NCBI GenBank assembly: GCA_041671325.1
Contig: JBAZBR010000005.1
Coordinates: 14,184 to 78,183 of the forward strand
Length of the DNA stretch: 64,000 nucleotides
Reading direction: 5' to 3'
DNA from: Patescibacteria group bacterium
GTDB taxonomy: Bacteria > Patescibacteriota > Patescibacteriia > PEXW01
The translations under genes were made by a program, and so were the position numbers. Below, piece by piece: positions 27,423 to 36,680 of the stretch (positions are counted from its first letter, which is position 1; each line of letters starts with the position of its first letter). Under the pieces are notes generated by a model. The model was given only the letters and a program-made list of their open reading frames with translations, ran no database searches and had not been told where the DNA came from.

Positions 27423-28928
27423 TTATTTCCTGGCAATGGTATAAACGTGGATGTGTTTCAAAGCCGCAGCTGCCAATTTTAACCGACTATTACTGCCGGC
27501 GTAACAAGTATAAAGGATTTCACCAGCTAAAACTCTTTCATTTAAGCGCTTTTTCAAGTGCAGACCCCCGACTTTGTCATCTGGGGCGCCAAGCGACCGA
27601 GCCAACTCATCAATAGCGCGATTATTGATTCTGACGATGCGGCCAGCATGTTTGGCGACCACGCGGAAACGCTTGGCGCCCAAAGTCACATCTTCTGAAT
27701 CCAAATTAGGATTGCCGCCTTGGCTTTTGATTATGCCTTGCATGGCTTTCCAAGCTTTGCCAGAAATCAGCTGGTCCCTGACTACGGAATAGCCCAGGCC
27801 TTTACGGGCAACACCAACCAACTCAATTAATAAGCCTGCTAAGCGCAGGGATTTTTCTTCCAAATCCCTTGGCCGATATTCTTTCTGTTGCAAGACGCGC
27901 AAAACATCCCTGGCTTCCAGGGCCGGGCCAATGCCATTGCCAATTGGCTCTTTGGCTTCAATCATGGCTACCTTGGTTTTAATGTTAAACCGCTTGCCAA
28001 TATACCTAAATTTAGCAGCCAACCTCTTGGCTGAGGCTAAGTCAGGAATTTTAGTGTTACGGCCGTAAGGCATATCAATTACCAAATGGGTAATGCCCAT
28101 AGCGACCTTTTTGGCCATTATGGAGACAATCATTTTTGAATAAGGCTCTAAAGACAGTGGGCGCGAAACCTTGATGATCCGGTCATCAGCCGGTGCCAGT
28201 TGCAAACCGCCGCCCCAGACCATGCAGGCATTATTCTTTTTAACAATCTTGAGAATTTTTTCAACTGGAAAAGTTACGGGTGCCAAAACTTCCATGGTAT
28301 CTGCCGTGCCTGAAGGGCTGGTGATGGCCCGAGATGAAGTCTTGGGTATGCAAAGGCCAGCGCTGGCAATAATCGGCACCACAATCATGGTTGTCCGGTT
28401 GCCAGCCAAACCGCCGACCGAATGCTTGTCAGCTACAATTTTTTTATTGAACCGAATTTGCTCGCCATGAGTGGCGATTGATTTGGTCAGATAGTACAAT
28501 TCTTGGTTGGTGTATTCCTTGATAAAACTGGAAGCTGCAAAATAGGTAAGTTCGGTTGTGCCAAAACGATAATTCACAATATCCCCCACAATCGCATCAA
28601 ATTCTGCTTGATTTAATTTCTTGCCCAAAAGCTTCTTTTTCAAGGCTTCAATGGAAAGCGGCCGGCCAAATGGCGAAATTTCAATTGGGGCTAAAGCCTC
28701 AATTTTATTTTCTTTCCAAACCTCCCTAAACAAGCCGATTTCTCCGGGGCGAACCCGGCGATGGGTCAAATCCGCCTGGACAATAATTTTCTTACCGTTG
28801 CTTTGCAAGACCAAGCGGTCGCCGGCGTGGATGCCAAAATTCCTGCCGTCTTCATTGCGGATGACCACCACATAAGGCTGGCCGCCAGTGCTTAAATCAA
28901 ATCTTTTAGCGCGTAAAACAAATGCCAT
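27423..28928 (-). CDS. AMP phosphorylase (archaeal-type, thymidine phosphorylase/DeoA family with N-terminal extension)
   Basis: 501 aa. KHSVGGLAGNRTTMIVVPIIASAG matches the pyrimidine-nucleoside phosphorylase glycine-rich loop. The ~80-aa N-terminal extension and overall length match archaeal AMPpase rather than a 440-aa DeoA. Confidence 0.7.
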   Translation of the reverse strand: MAFVLRAKRFDLSTGGQPYVVVIRNEDGRNFGIHAGDRLVLQSNGKKIIVQADLTHRRVRPGEIGLFREVWKENKIEALAPIEISPFGRPLSIEALKKKLLGKKLNQAEFDAIVGDIVNYRFGTTELTYFAASSFIKEYTNQELYYLTKSIATHGEQIRFNKKIVADKHSVGGLAGNRTTMIVVPIIASAGLCIPKTSSRAITSPSGTADTMEVLAPVTFPVEKILKIVKKNNACMVWGGGLQLAPADDRIIKVSRPLSLEPYSKMIVSIMAKKVAMGITHLVIDMPYGRNTKIPDLASAKRLAAKFRYIGKRFNIKTKVAMIEAKEPIGNGIGPALEARDVLRVLQQKEYRPRDLEEKSLRLAGLLIELVGVARKGLGYSVVRDQLISGKAWKAMQGIIKSQGGNPNLDSEDVTLGAKRFRVVAKHAGRIVRINNRAIDELARSLGAPDDKVGGLHLKKRLNERVLAGEILYTCYAGSNSRLKLAAAALKHIHVYTIARK

Positions 28929-29010
28929 ATGTTAAAGTATAACACGAACGTAAATAACGCCTCTTTTAAAGGAAGCGTTATTTTTTTGTAACTTGTGTTA
29001 TTTATCAGGA

Positions 29011-29088
29011 TCAGGTTCCACAGGTGCAGCCTTCCACTGCGCAAGGCTCCCCTGGTTCGTGTTCGTGACCACAATCTGGACAAGCCAT
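29011..29088 (-). CDS. Cys/His-rich micro-ORF (25 aa, MACPDCGHEHEPGEPCAVEGCTCGT)
   Basis: Hand translation; below the ORF-track size cut-off. GGAGGTG 6 nt upstream of the ATG, and a hairpin with a U-rich tail after the stop. CPxCG and CxCG knuckles. Confidence 0.3.
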   Translation of the reverse strand: MACPDCGHEHEPGEPCAVEGCTCGT

Positions 29089-29119
29089 ATTGCTCACCTC
29101 CTTTTTTAATTAAGGAAAA

Positions 29120-29611
29120 TTATTCAACCACCACCGTGCCTTTTTCCGTGGGGTCTAGGTGGTTATGGTAGCCCCAGGTGCCAATTTTATTAAAAGTATA
29201 GGAATAAGTTTGCCCATTAGCCAAACTCCCTGAATTCAAGTCTGGCAAATCCGTATGGGTTGGATGTGGGTCTGAAGCAACCTGAACGGCTGAGCCTGAA
29301 GTATTATTCCAGGTTACGACTGAGCCAACCTTGACCGTTAGGGTGCTTGGGGTAAAACCTGAAAAAATTATAGTGATTGTTGATGAAACTTGATTTGAAT
29401 TAGTATTGGAATTCAGGTTTGCGTTTCCATGATTAAAATTAACATTTGAAACGTTTGAATTAGTGTTAGCCGTATTAATGTTTAAAACTGTTGAATTGGA
29501 ATTATTGGTCAGATCAATAATCGTGATATTGGTATTGATATTCGTCCCACAAGCAGACAATAACAAAACTCCAACTGCAATTAAGCTGAATAAAAAATAC
29601 TTGTTCTGCAT
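29120..29611 (-). CDS. Lipoprotein with N/S/T-rich linker and Cys-less cupredoxin-like C-terminal domain
   Basis: Lipobox LLSACG, a low-complexity NxNxN region, and a C-terminal beta-domain resembling the blue-copper paralog at 32092 but with His-rich WGYHNH in place of the Cys ligand. Confidence 0.45.
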   Translation of the reverse strand: MQNKYFLFSLIAVGVLLLSACGTNINTNITIIDLTNNSNSTVLNINTANTNSNVSNVNFNHGNANLNSNTNSNQVSSTITIIFSGFTPSTLTVKVGSVVTWNNTSGSAVQVASDPHPTHTDLPDLNSGSLANGQTYSYTFNKIGTWGYHNHLDPTEKGTVVVE

Positions 29612-29641
29612 ACAGATTTTTCTGTCTAATGAATAAACAGC

Positions 29642-29857
29642 TTAAGGAACAATCTGCTTGCCGGTTTCGTCATGGATAATGATTGCTTGGGTTGGACAAG
29701 ATTTAGCGCCTTCGATAATGGTAGCCTCATCATTGCCGGTTGGGTTCTTGATTATTGCCTTGCCTTCGCTATCTAACTCAAAAGTTTCCGGTGCGATTGC
29801 TATACAAGTGGCAGCAGAAATGCATTTTTCCCGATCAATGGTAATTTTTAATGGCAT
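29642..29857 (-). CDS. Single-cluster ferredoxin
   Basis: 71 aa. CxxAxxC...CP ligand spacing typical of 3Fe/4Fe single-cluster ferredoxins. Confidence 0.7.
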   Translation of the reverse strand: MPLKITIDREKCISAATCIAIAPETFELDSEGKAIIKNPTGNDEATIIEGAKSCPTQAIIIHDETGKQIVP

Positions 29858-29918
29858 ATTAATAGTAGGTTAATTATTAGTGAATTAAGAATAACTAAAA
29901 AACCCTTGTCGGACAAGT

Positions 29919-30281
29919 TTAGCTTAAGGCTTTCTTCAAGGCCTCAATGCTTAAAGTTGCGCATTTTTGCCTGGAAGGATTCAAATTTTCACCGACAATC
30001 TTTAAAATATGCTTGTTGCCGGTCTTTTTTAGCTCTGCCAGGCTTTTACCCATTAACATTTCGGAAAGCAAAGAGGCTGAGGCTTGGGACAAGGCACAGC
30101 CCTCACCTTGCCATTTTACCCCTTCGACTTTTTTTTGTTTGTTGAGCTTTAAAAAAATTTCCACCCGATCCCCGCAAACTAAATTGTCTTCTCCGCCATG
30201 AAAATCAGGATTCTTCAATTTCCCAAAATTTCTGGGTTTTTTATAGTGATCAATAATAATTTCCCGATAGAGATCTGACAT
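29919..30281 (-). CDS. sufU: Fe-S cluster assembly scaffold SufU (IscU/NifU-like)
   Basis: NLVCGD...GEGCALSQASAS, the conserved Cys ligands of SufU/IscU. Confidence 0.8.
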   Translation of the reverse strand: MSDLYREIIIDHYKKPRNFGKLKNPDFHGGEDNLVCGDRVEIFLKLNKQKKVEGVKWQGEGCALSQASASLLSEMLMGKSLAELKKTGNKHILKIVGENLNPSRQKCATLSIEALKKALS

Positions 30282-30332
30282 GGTTATAACATTTTAGTTA
30301 ACTGGCGAGTTAGCAAGTTAGTTTAAGACAAA

Positions 30333-31565
30333 TTATAAATTAAAAACTTTCTTAGCTCTTTCAATAGCGGCTAAAAATTTATCAGCTTCTTCAAGCGTGT
30401 TGTAAAGATAAAAGCTGACTCGCGCTGCGGCTGGCTTGCCATACGCTTCCAGCATGACTTGGGCGCACATATGCCCGGCCCGGATGCAAAGCCCCTCTTC
30501 ATCAAACAAACTGGCCAAATCATGGGGATGCATACCTTCCAGCCAAAAGGAAAAAATCGCTCCTCGGTTTTTAGATACCTCTGGAATACCAAAGACCTTT
30601 ATACCTTTGATAGCCTTTAATTTTGGTAATAAGTATTCAACGAACTTTTTCTCGTGTTCCCAGACATTCCGCATGCCAACTTGATTTAAATAATCAATCG
30701 CCGCACCCAAGCCAATAACCCCAACTATGTTCGGCGTACCGGCTTCAAACCGCCAAGGCAAATCATTCCAAATTGATTTTTGCTTGGTCACTGACTTAAT
30801 CATGTCGCCACCGCCAATAATTGGTTCAATAGTTTCTAACAAGTCTTTTCTTGCCCATAAAACCCCAATTCCGGTCGGTCCTAACATTTTATGGCCGGAG
30901 TACGCATAGAAATCCGCATTGATTTTTTGTACATCCACAGGCAGATGTGGTACGGCCTGGCAGCCGTCAACTAAAACCTTTGCACCGATTTTGTGAGCTT
31001 GCTCGATAATTTTTTCAATCGGGTTGATTGTCCCAAGTAAATTCGATATATGCCCAATGCAAACCAGTTTAGTTTTGGATGATAACAAGTTAGCAAGCTT
31101 GCTCAAATCCAAAATTCCCTTCTCCGGAATAGTGGGTAAAAAATTTAACTTTAAGCCTTTTTCTTTGGCTAAAATCTGCCAAGGCACAATATTGGAATGG
31201 TGCTCCATTTCCGTGGTTAAAATTTCCTCTCCTTTTTCCAAATTTTGCCTAGCCCAAGTTAAAGCTACTAAGTTTATGCTTTCCGTGGCATTGCGAGTAA
31301 AAATTATTTCTTCGCTGGTTTTGGCATTAATGAACTTTGCGACTTTCTGCCTGGCGGTTTCGTACAATTCCGTAGCCTCTTCACTTAAAGTATAAATCCC
31401 GCGGTGGACATTGGCATTATGCTGTCTTTGAAAATCATCCATGGCTTTCAAGACTATCCTTGGTTTTTGGCTGGTAGCGGCATTATCCAAATACACCAAA
31501 GGCTTGCCATTGATCTGGCGACTTAAAATCGGAAAATCCCGACGGATATTTTCTGGTGAAAACAT
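30333..31565 (-). CDS. sufS: Cysteine desulfurase SufS
   Basis: Class V aminotransferase fold. HK(M)LGPTG PLP-lysine region and RAGHMCAQ active-site Cys loop. The track ORF extends to 31592; the likely start is MFSPENIRR. Confidence 0.85.
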   Translation of the reverse strand: MFSPENIRRDFPILSRQINGKPLVYLDNAATSQKPRIVLKAMDDFQRQHNANVHRGIYTLSEEATELYETARQKVAKFINAKTSEEIIFTRNATESINLVALTWARQNLEKGEEILTTEMEHHSNIVPWQILAKEKGLKLNFLPTIPEKGILDLSKLANLLSSKTKLVCIGHISNLLGTINPIEKIIEQAHKIGAKVLVDGCQAVPHLPVDVQKINADFYAYSGHKMLGPTGIGVLWARKDLLETIEPIIGGGDMIKSVTKQKSIWNDLPWRFEAGTPNIVGVIGLGAAIDYLNQVGMRNVWEHEKKFVEYLLPKLKAIKGIKVFGIPEVSKNRGAIFSFWLEGMHPHDLASLFDEEGLCIRAGHMCAQVMLEAYGKPAAARVSFYLYNTLEEADKFLAAIERAKKVFNL

Positions 31566-31626
31566 GCACCCAGTGTAGCGAATGCATCTCAACCTGACAA
31601 CCTGATGCGCTCTTATCCTCTTGAAA

Positions 31627-32088
31627 CTATTTTTTAGGCTGCAGAATTTCCAAATCCTTTAATATCTGCTCAGCGTGTTTGGATGGATCAACTGATTTGT
31701 AAATTTTGACAACCTTGCCTTCGGGATTGATGATAAACGAACGGCGTTTGGCGTAAAAAGTCCCTTTGACCCCAAAAGCATTGATCATTTTCTGGTTTGG
31801 ATCAGCCAGCAAAGTGAATGGCAGGCCGTATTTTTTAGCAAATTCCGCGTGGCTGGCAATGCTGTCAGCGCTGATGCCGACAATCTTTATTTTCTTCTGT
31901 AATTCCCCAAACTTATCCCGTAAACCACAGGCTTCTTTGGTACAGCCAGAAGTAAAATCTTTGGGATAAAAATAAAACAAAACCCAGGTCCCCTGGAAAC
32001 TAGCCTGGGTATAAATTTTGTTGTTCTGGTCTAAAGCCGTGAAATTTGGGACTTGATCGTTAATAGCTATTTTCATATTTTTTAACAT
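31627..32088 (-). CDS. bcp: Thiol peroxidase, Bcp-type peroxiredoxin
   Basis: FTSGCTKEACGLRD, the Bcp peroxidatic and resolving Cys pair. Confidence 0.8.
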   Translation of the reverse strand: MLKNMKIAINDQVPNFTALDQNNKIYTQASFQGTWVLFYFYPKDFTSGCTKEACGLRDKFGELQKKIKIVGISADSIASHAEFAKKYGLPFTLLADPNQKMINAFGVKGTFYAKRRSFIINPEGKVVKIYKSVDPSKHAEQILKDLEILQPKK

Positions 32089-32091
32089 TGC

Positions 32092-32571
32092 TTATTGCAC
32101 GGTTACCGTGCCGGCCATTGCGGGATGGATAGTACAGCGATAATTATAAGTACCAGCTTGAGTAAAAGTGTGGGAATAGCTGCTGCCTGGAATGATATTC
32201 CCGCTGTCAAAACCCGTGCCGGTCACCGTATGCGCAACTGAATCATTATTGGTCCAAGTGACTTGGGTGTTATTGGCAATTGTCAAAGTTGCTGGCTGAA
32301 AAGCCATGTTGGCAATGGAAACCTGGCTGGTTTGGCTGGAATTAATATTGATATTTGCAGTATTTGTATTGGCATTCAAATCCCCATTTGTATCCATGAC
32401 TGCATTATTGTTGCTAATGGTGTTTGAATTCAAATTGCCATTATTATTCAAGGTGGAGTTTATCGATGAATTCGTGTTGGAATTTGAGCTGCCGGAAAAC
32501 GAACGGAAGGCTAGATAGCCCAAACCGCCCAGGGCGATGATAATCAAAATTGTAATTAGAATCTTATTCAT
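32092..32571 (-). CDS. Type-1 blue copper protein (plastocyanin/pseudoazurin-like), membrane-anchored with N/S/T-rich linker
   Basis: Ligand set H (AHTV)...C-x2-H-x2-M (CTIHPAM) at the C-terminus. N-terminal TM helix. Confidence 0.75.
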   Translation of the reverse strand: MNKILITILIIIALGGLGYLAFRSFSGSSNSNTNSSINSTLNNNGNLNSNTISNNNAVMDTNGDLNANTNTANININSSQTSQVSIANMAFQPATLTIANNTQVTWTNNDSVAHTVTGTGFDSGNIIPGSSYSHTFTQAGTYNYRCTIHPAMAGTVTVQ

Positions 32572-32761
32572 ATTGTTACTTTTTTATTAATAAATTTCAT
32601 AATCGCTACATATATTAGTGCCAAAATCGACTTTTTCTTTCAAATACGCTTATCGGGATTTAACCAATAACCCTTGACTTGATTAATTTTAAATGCTAAT
32701 TTAGCAGGAATAAAAAACCAAAATGCTTTTAAATAAACGCTCGTTGAAAGGACAAAAAACC

Positions 32762-33145
32762 ATGGCTAAAAATACCAAACGCAGAATTTTAGTGGTTGAT
32801 GATGAACCGGATTTCTTGCAATCTCTTCAAGAGTTCCTGGAAATATTTGGTTTTGAGGTGGTTACTGCGGGTAATTACATTCACGCCTTAGCTCGTTTTG
32901 CTGATTCCGGACCGTATTTTGCCATAATCAGTGACTATAACCTAGGTGAAGGCAAAAACGGGGTGGACCTTATCACTCAAATTATCACTTATTTCGGGAA
33001 GGAAAAATTCACCCTATTGATCATGATGTCCGGAAACGATTCTGAGCTAAGAGCCGACCTAGCTGCTGCGCGGGTTAAAGTCGATAAGATTTTCCCAAAA
33101 CCCTTTGACGTTAATGAGCTTGTGAATGAACTTAATAAAACCTAA
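32762..33145 (+). CDS. Single-domain response regulator (CheY-like receiver)
   Basis: ILVVDDEP, a phospho-acceptor Asp in ISDYNLG, and a conserved Lys in the KIFPKPF region. The track ORF starts at 32723; start taken at MAKNTKRRIL. Confidence 0.7.
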   Translation: MAKNTKRRILVVDDEPDFLQSLQEFLEIFGFEVVTAGNYIHALARFADSGPYFAIISDYNLGEGKNGVDLITQIITYFGKEKFTLLIMMSGNDSELRADLAAARVKVDKIFPKPFDVNELVNELNKT

Positions 33146-33226
33146 ACCAATATAAGCGGTTTTTTACGAAATTTTTAAAGCGCTTCGGGAATTTCCTCGA
33201 TGCGCTTTTTGGTTTTCGTAAGTTTT

Positions 33227-33946
33227 TTATTCTTTAAATAAAAATGGCTGGCAAAAGGCTTTGGGCAAACGGGCAATGACTGAAGTAAAAAAACCGGCAG
33301 TGATGCATTCTCTGGCTTGCTCAAAATCCAAGCCGCGGGACGCCAGATAATAAACTTGGTCTCGATTTATCCGGCTGACGCTAGAACCATGGGACGCTTT
33401 CACGTCATCAGTCAATATTTCCAAGGTTGGGCTAGAAATTGCCTTGGCTGAATCTAACAGTAAAACCTCGTCTTGATAATATGAATTGGTTTTTTTGGCT
33501 TTCTGGCCGACTTTAATCAAGCTCTGAAATTTTCCGCTGGCGTGATTTTTGTAAACCGCCTTAACTAAGACATTTGCCTTGGTATTTGGGCTTTGGTGGT
33601 CAATTAAAATTTGAAAAACATGCTGCTCATTTTTATTCCCTTGGAACATATTGGTGACTTGGCACTCGGCACCAGACCCTAATAATTTGACAACGCTCCT
33701 GGTTTCGATTACCTGGCCACCAGAAATGCCTTCAACAAAATTCAGTTTGGAATTTTGATATAGCTTAATATTTATTTTTAAGAAACTCTCAATCCTCGGC
33801 TTTTGAAAATTATTTAAAATCAAAACTTCAGCCTTAACCCCGGGTTTGACCTTAATTTCAATTTCTTGAACTCCATTTATCCGATAAAGAATTACTGGCT
33901 TAAGGCTGGTGGGTATGATTAATTTTTTTTTATTTAAATTTTTCAT
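33227..33946 (-). CDS. sufD: Fe-S cluster assembly protein SufD (short form)
   Basis: C-terminal SufB/SufD beta-helix region (ASHGSSVSRINRDQVYYLASRGL). Sits between sufB and the response regulator. Confidence 0.7.
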   Translation of the reverse strand: MKNLNKKKLIIPTSLKPVILYRINGVQEIEIKVKPGVKAEVLILNNFQKPRIESFLKINIKLYQNSKLNFVEGISGGQVIETRSVVKLLGSGAECQVTNMFQGNKNEQHVFQILIDHQSPNTKANVLVKAVYKNHASGKFQSLIKVGQKAKKTNSYYQDEVLLLDSAKAISSPTLEILTDDVKASHGSSVSRINRDQVYYLASRGLDFEQARECITAGFFTSVIARLPKAFCQPFLFKE

Positions 33947-33951
33947 AAAAA

Positions 33952-35340
33952 TTAGCCGACCAAACCCGACATTTCTAATTTAATCAAACGGTTTAATTCA
34001 ATGGCGTATTCCAGGGGTAATTCCTTCACGATCGGCTCGATAAAACCCTGGACAATAATGTTCCTAGCCTCATTTTCGCTAATTCCCCTGGATTTCAAGT
34101 AAAAAAGCTGATCAGCGCCAATCTGGCCTACGGTTGCTTCATGGGTAACTCCTGAATCTGCTTCATAAACCTCCATTTTGGGATAAGTATCAGTCCTGGA
34201 GTTTTTATTCAGTAAAAGCGCATCGCAAACCACCGAGGCTGTGCAATTTTTGACATTCTTCGGGATTTTAATTAAACCCCGATAACTGGTTCGGCCAGAC
34301 TCTTTCGAAATGGACTTGGACACGACGCTGGAAGAAGTGTTTGGCGCCCCATGAATTATTTTGGTACCCACATCCTGGTGTTGCCCAGCGCCAGCCAAAG
34401 CGATTGATAACACGCTGCCTTTTGCGCCAGTACCCAGCAAATAAATGCTTGGATACTTCATGGTGGTTTTACTGCCTAAATTCCCATCTACCCACTCCAT
34501 AATGCCATCTTCGTAAACAAAAGCGCGTTTGGTCACCAAATTGTAAACATTTTTAGACCAATTTTGGACTGTGGTATAGCGCAAGCGCGCCCCGGGTTTG
34601 ATGATAATTTCCACAACCCCGGCGTGCAAAGAATCAGCGGCATAAACCGGGGCAGTGCAGCCTTCCACGTAATGCGCCTGGCTGCCCGCTTCGGCAATAA
34701 TCAAGGTCCTTTCAAATTGGCCAACCTGCTTGGCGTTTATCCGAAAATAAGCCTGCAAAGGAATATCAACTTTCACGCCTTTGGGTATATAAACTAAGCT
34801 GCCACCGCTCCAAACGGCAGTATTCAAGGCAGAAAATTTATTATCAGCCGTTGGCACTACGGTACCAAGATATTTTTTTACCAGCTCGGGATGTTTTTTA
34901 AAACCCGTATCCATGTCTAAAAAAATCACGCCTTGCTTTTCCAGCTGCTTTTGCAATGATTGATAAACTGCCATTGATTCATATTGGGCAACCACTCCGG
35001 CCAAAAATTTTCGCTCGGCTTGGGGGATGCCGATTTTTTGGTAAGTTTCCCGGATTTTTTTAGGCACTTCTGACCAAGAACCAGCAACCTTGTCTATAGG
35101 CCTTAAAAAATACCGGATTTTTTTATAATTAATTCCCGAAAGGTTAGCGCCCCAGGTTGGCGTGGGTTTGCTTTTGAAAATTTTAAAAGCCTGCAAGCGC
35201 TTTGCCAGCATCCAACTTGGTTCTTGTTTATAGGCAGAAATTTCCCGAATTAAATTTTCAGATATTCCCGGTTTGGAAATATACTGATAATCAAGCTCAT
35301 TAGTTAAAGACAAATCTTTATGGCTTCTGGTTTTAGCCAT
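33952..35340 (-). CDS. sufB: Fe-S cluster assembly protein SufB
   Basis: 462 aa with the conserved C-terminal FYLKSRGISENEARNIIVQGF block. Confidence 0.9.
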   Translation of the reverse strand: MAKTRSHKDLSLTNELDYQYISKPGISENLIREISAYKQEPSWMLAKRLQAFKIFKSKPTPTWGANLSGINYKKIRYFLRPIDKVAGSWSEVPKKIRETYQKIGIPQAERKFLAGVVAQYESMAVYQSLQKQLEKQGVIFLDMDTGFKKHPELVKKYLGTVVPTADNKFSALNTAVWSGGSLVYIPKGVKVDIPLQAYFRINAKQVGQFERTLIIAEAGSQAHYVEGCTAPVYAADSLHAGVVEIIIKPGARLRYTTVQNWSKNVYNLVTKRAFVYEDGIMEWVDGNLGSKTTMKYPSIYLLGTGAKGSVLSIALAGAGQHQDVGTKIIHGAPNTSSSVVSKSISKESGRTSYRGLIKIPKNVKNCTASVVCDALLLNKNSRTDTYPKMEVYEADSGVTHEATVGQIGADQLFYLKSRGISENEARNIIVQGFIEPIVKELPLEYAIELNRLIKLEMSGLVG

Positions 35341-35350
35341 AATTATTTCA

Positions 35351-36097
35351 TTAAAACGCCTGATAGCCGGATTTTTCCAGCTTCTCGGCTAATTGCTTGC
35401 TGCCGGTTTTGACAATCTGGCCTTTCACTAAAATATGAATTTTTTTCGGTAAAAGGTATTTTAATATCCTCGAATAATGGGTAATTACTAAAAGGCCAAT
35501 ACCCATCCTTTTTGCCCGCAACATGCCTTGAGCGACTGTCTTTAAAGCATCAATATCCAAGCCTGAATCAATTTCGTCCAAAATTGCGTATTTTGGCTTC
35601 AACATTAAAAGCTGCAGAATTTCCAGGCGTTTTTTTTCACCGCCAGATAATCCTTCGTTCACCGATCGTTTAAGGAAATCCGGTTCAAATTTTAAAGCTT
35701 TAGCTTGTTTATCCAATTCATTCTGAAAAACATTTAATTTAAACTGGGTTTTCTGGGCCAACAGGGCTAAACGCAAGAAATTCCTGATCGAAACCCCGCT
35801 GATTTCCACGGGTTGCTGGAAAGCCATAAATACCCCGGCTTGCGCCCGTTTTTCAGTCGGCAAACTGGAAATATCTTTTTTGTCTAAAATTATTTTACCC
35901 GCTATGCGATTGGCCTTTGGATGACCCATTATTGAATTGGCTAGGGTTGATTTGCCTGATCCATTCGGGCCCATCAGGGCATGAATCTCGCCAGGCTTTA
36001 TTTCCAAGTTTATCGCTTTTAATATCAAATTACTTCCAACTTTCACGCTTAAATTGCTGATTTGCAGGGACATTTTGAAATTATTTAAAATCAGCAA
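35351..36097 (-). CDS. sufC: Fe-S cluster assembly ATPase SufC
   Basis: ABC ATPase: GPNGSGKST Walker A, LSGGEKKR signature, ILDEIDSGLD Walker B. Confidence 0.9.
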   Translation of the reverse strand: MLILNNFKMSLQISNLSVKVGSNLILKAINLEIKPGEIHALMGPNGSGKSTLANSIMGHPKANRIAGKIILDKKDISSLPTEKRAQAGVFMAFQQPVEISGVSIRNFLRLALLAQKTQFKLNVFQNELDKQAKALKFEPDFLKRSVNEGLSGGEKKRLEILQLLMLKPKYAILDEIDSGLDIDALKTVAQGMLRAKRMGIGLLVITHYSRILKYLLPKKIHILVKGQIVKTGSKQLAEKLEKSGYQAF

Positions 36098-36473
36098 TGC
36101 TAAACTTGCGCAAGGTGTTGGCTAATTGGTTTTGCATTTTTATCCAATTACCCTTCATGCAGCAATTTTTTTCATTTGGGCAATGGCCAGATTTGTTGGT
36201 ACAGCGGGTGCAGGCAAAATCTCCTTCAAATAATTCCACAACTTCAATGACTTTGATATTTTTGGGATTTTTAGCCAGCATATATCCGCCCTGGATGCCT
36301 TCCCGGCTCTTTAAAAAACCAGCTGCCTTCATGAACACTGCCAAACGGCTTATATAGCGGTAAGGCAAATGATAATCCTGGGCAATAAGCCTTAAGGATG
36401 AAAAACTTTTTTTCTTACTTAAACCAACCAGTAAGACTAAAGCGTAATCTGTCCGGGTTGAAAAAATTGGCAT
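36081..36473 (-). CDS. Rrf2-family transcriptional regulator (IscR/SufR-like)
   Basis: N-terminal wHTH (TDYALVLLVGL...) plus a Cys cluster (CTRCTNKSGHCPNEKNCC). First gene of the suf operon. Confidence 0.8.
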   Translation of the reverse strand: MPIFSTRTDYALVLLVGLSKKKSFSSLRLIAQDYHLPYRYISRLAVFMKAAGFLKSREGIQGGYMLAKNPKNIKVIEVVELFEGDFACTRCTNKSGHCPNEKNCCMKGNWIKMQNQLANTLRKFSIADFK

Positions 36474-36526
36474 AGCATTAATTATTAATACTAACTCCCA
36501 CTATTATAGAGGGAGTTAAAAATGTT

Positions 36527-36639
36527 GTCAACCCAGAGCCACTTTCCAAAATAACTATACTTTAGTTAAGGATATTTATTCTGAATTAATACCTATTTAA
36601 GATAAGCAAAATTTTTTATGGAAAGTGGTGCTGGGTCAA
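36527..36639. repeat. ~113-bp element with ~23-bp terminal inverted repeats (copy 2), in the suf operon leader
   Basis: TGTCAACCCAGAGCCACTTTCCAAA (36527-36550) against TATGGAAAGTGGTGCTGGGTCAA (36618-36639). Same TIR family as 20788-20903. Confidence 0.6.
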
Positions 36640-36680
36640 AATTAATTTCGGCGATTCTCCCGTACGTCAATATTGAATTA

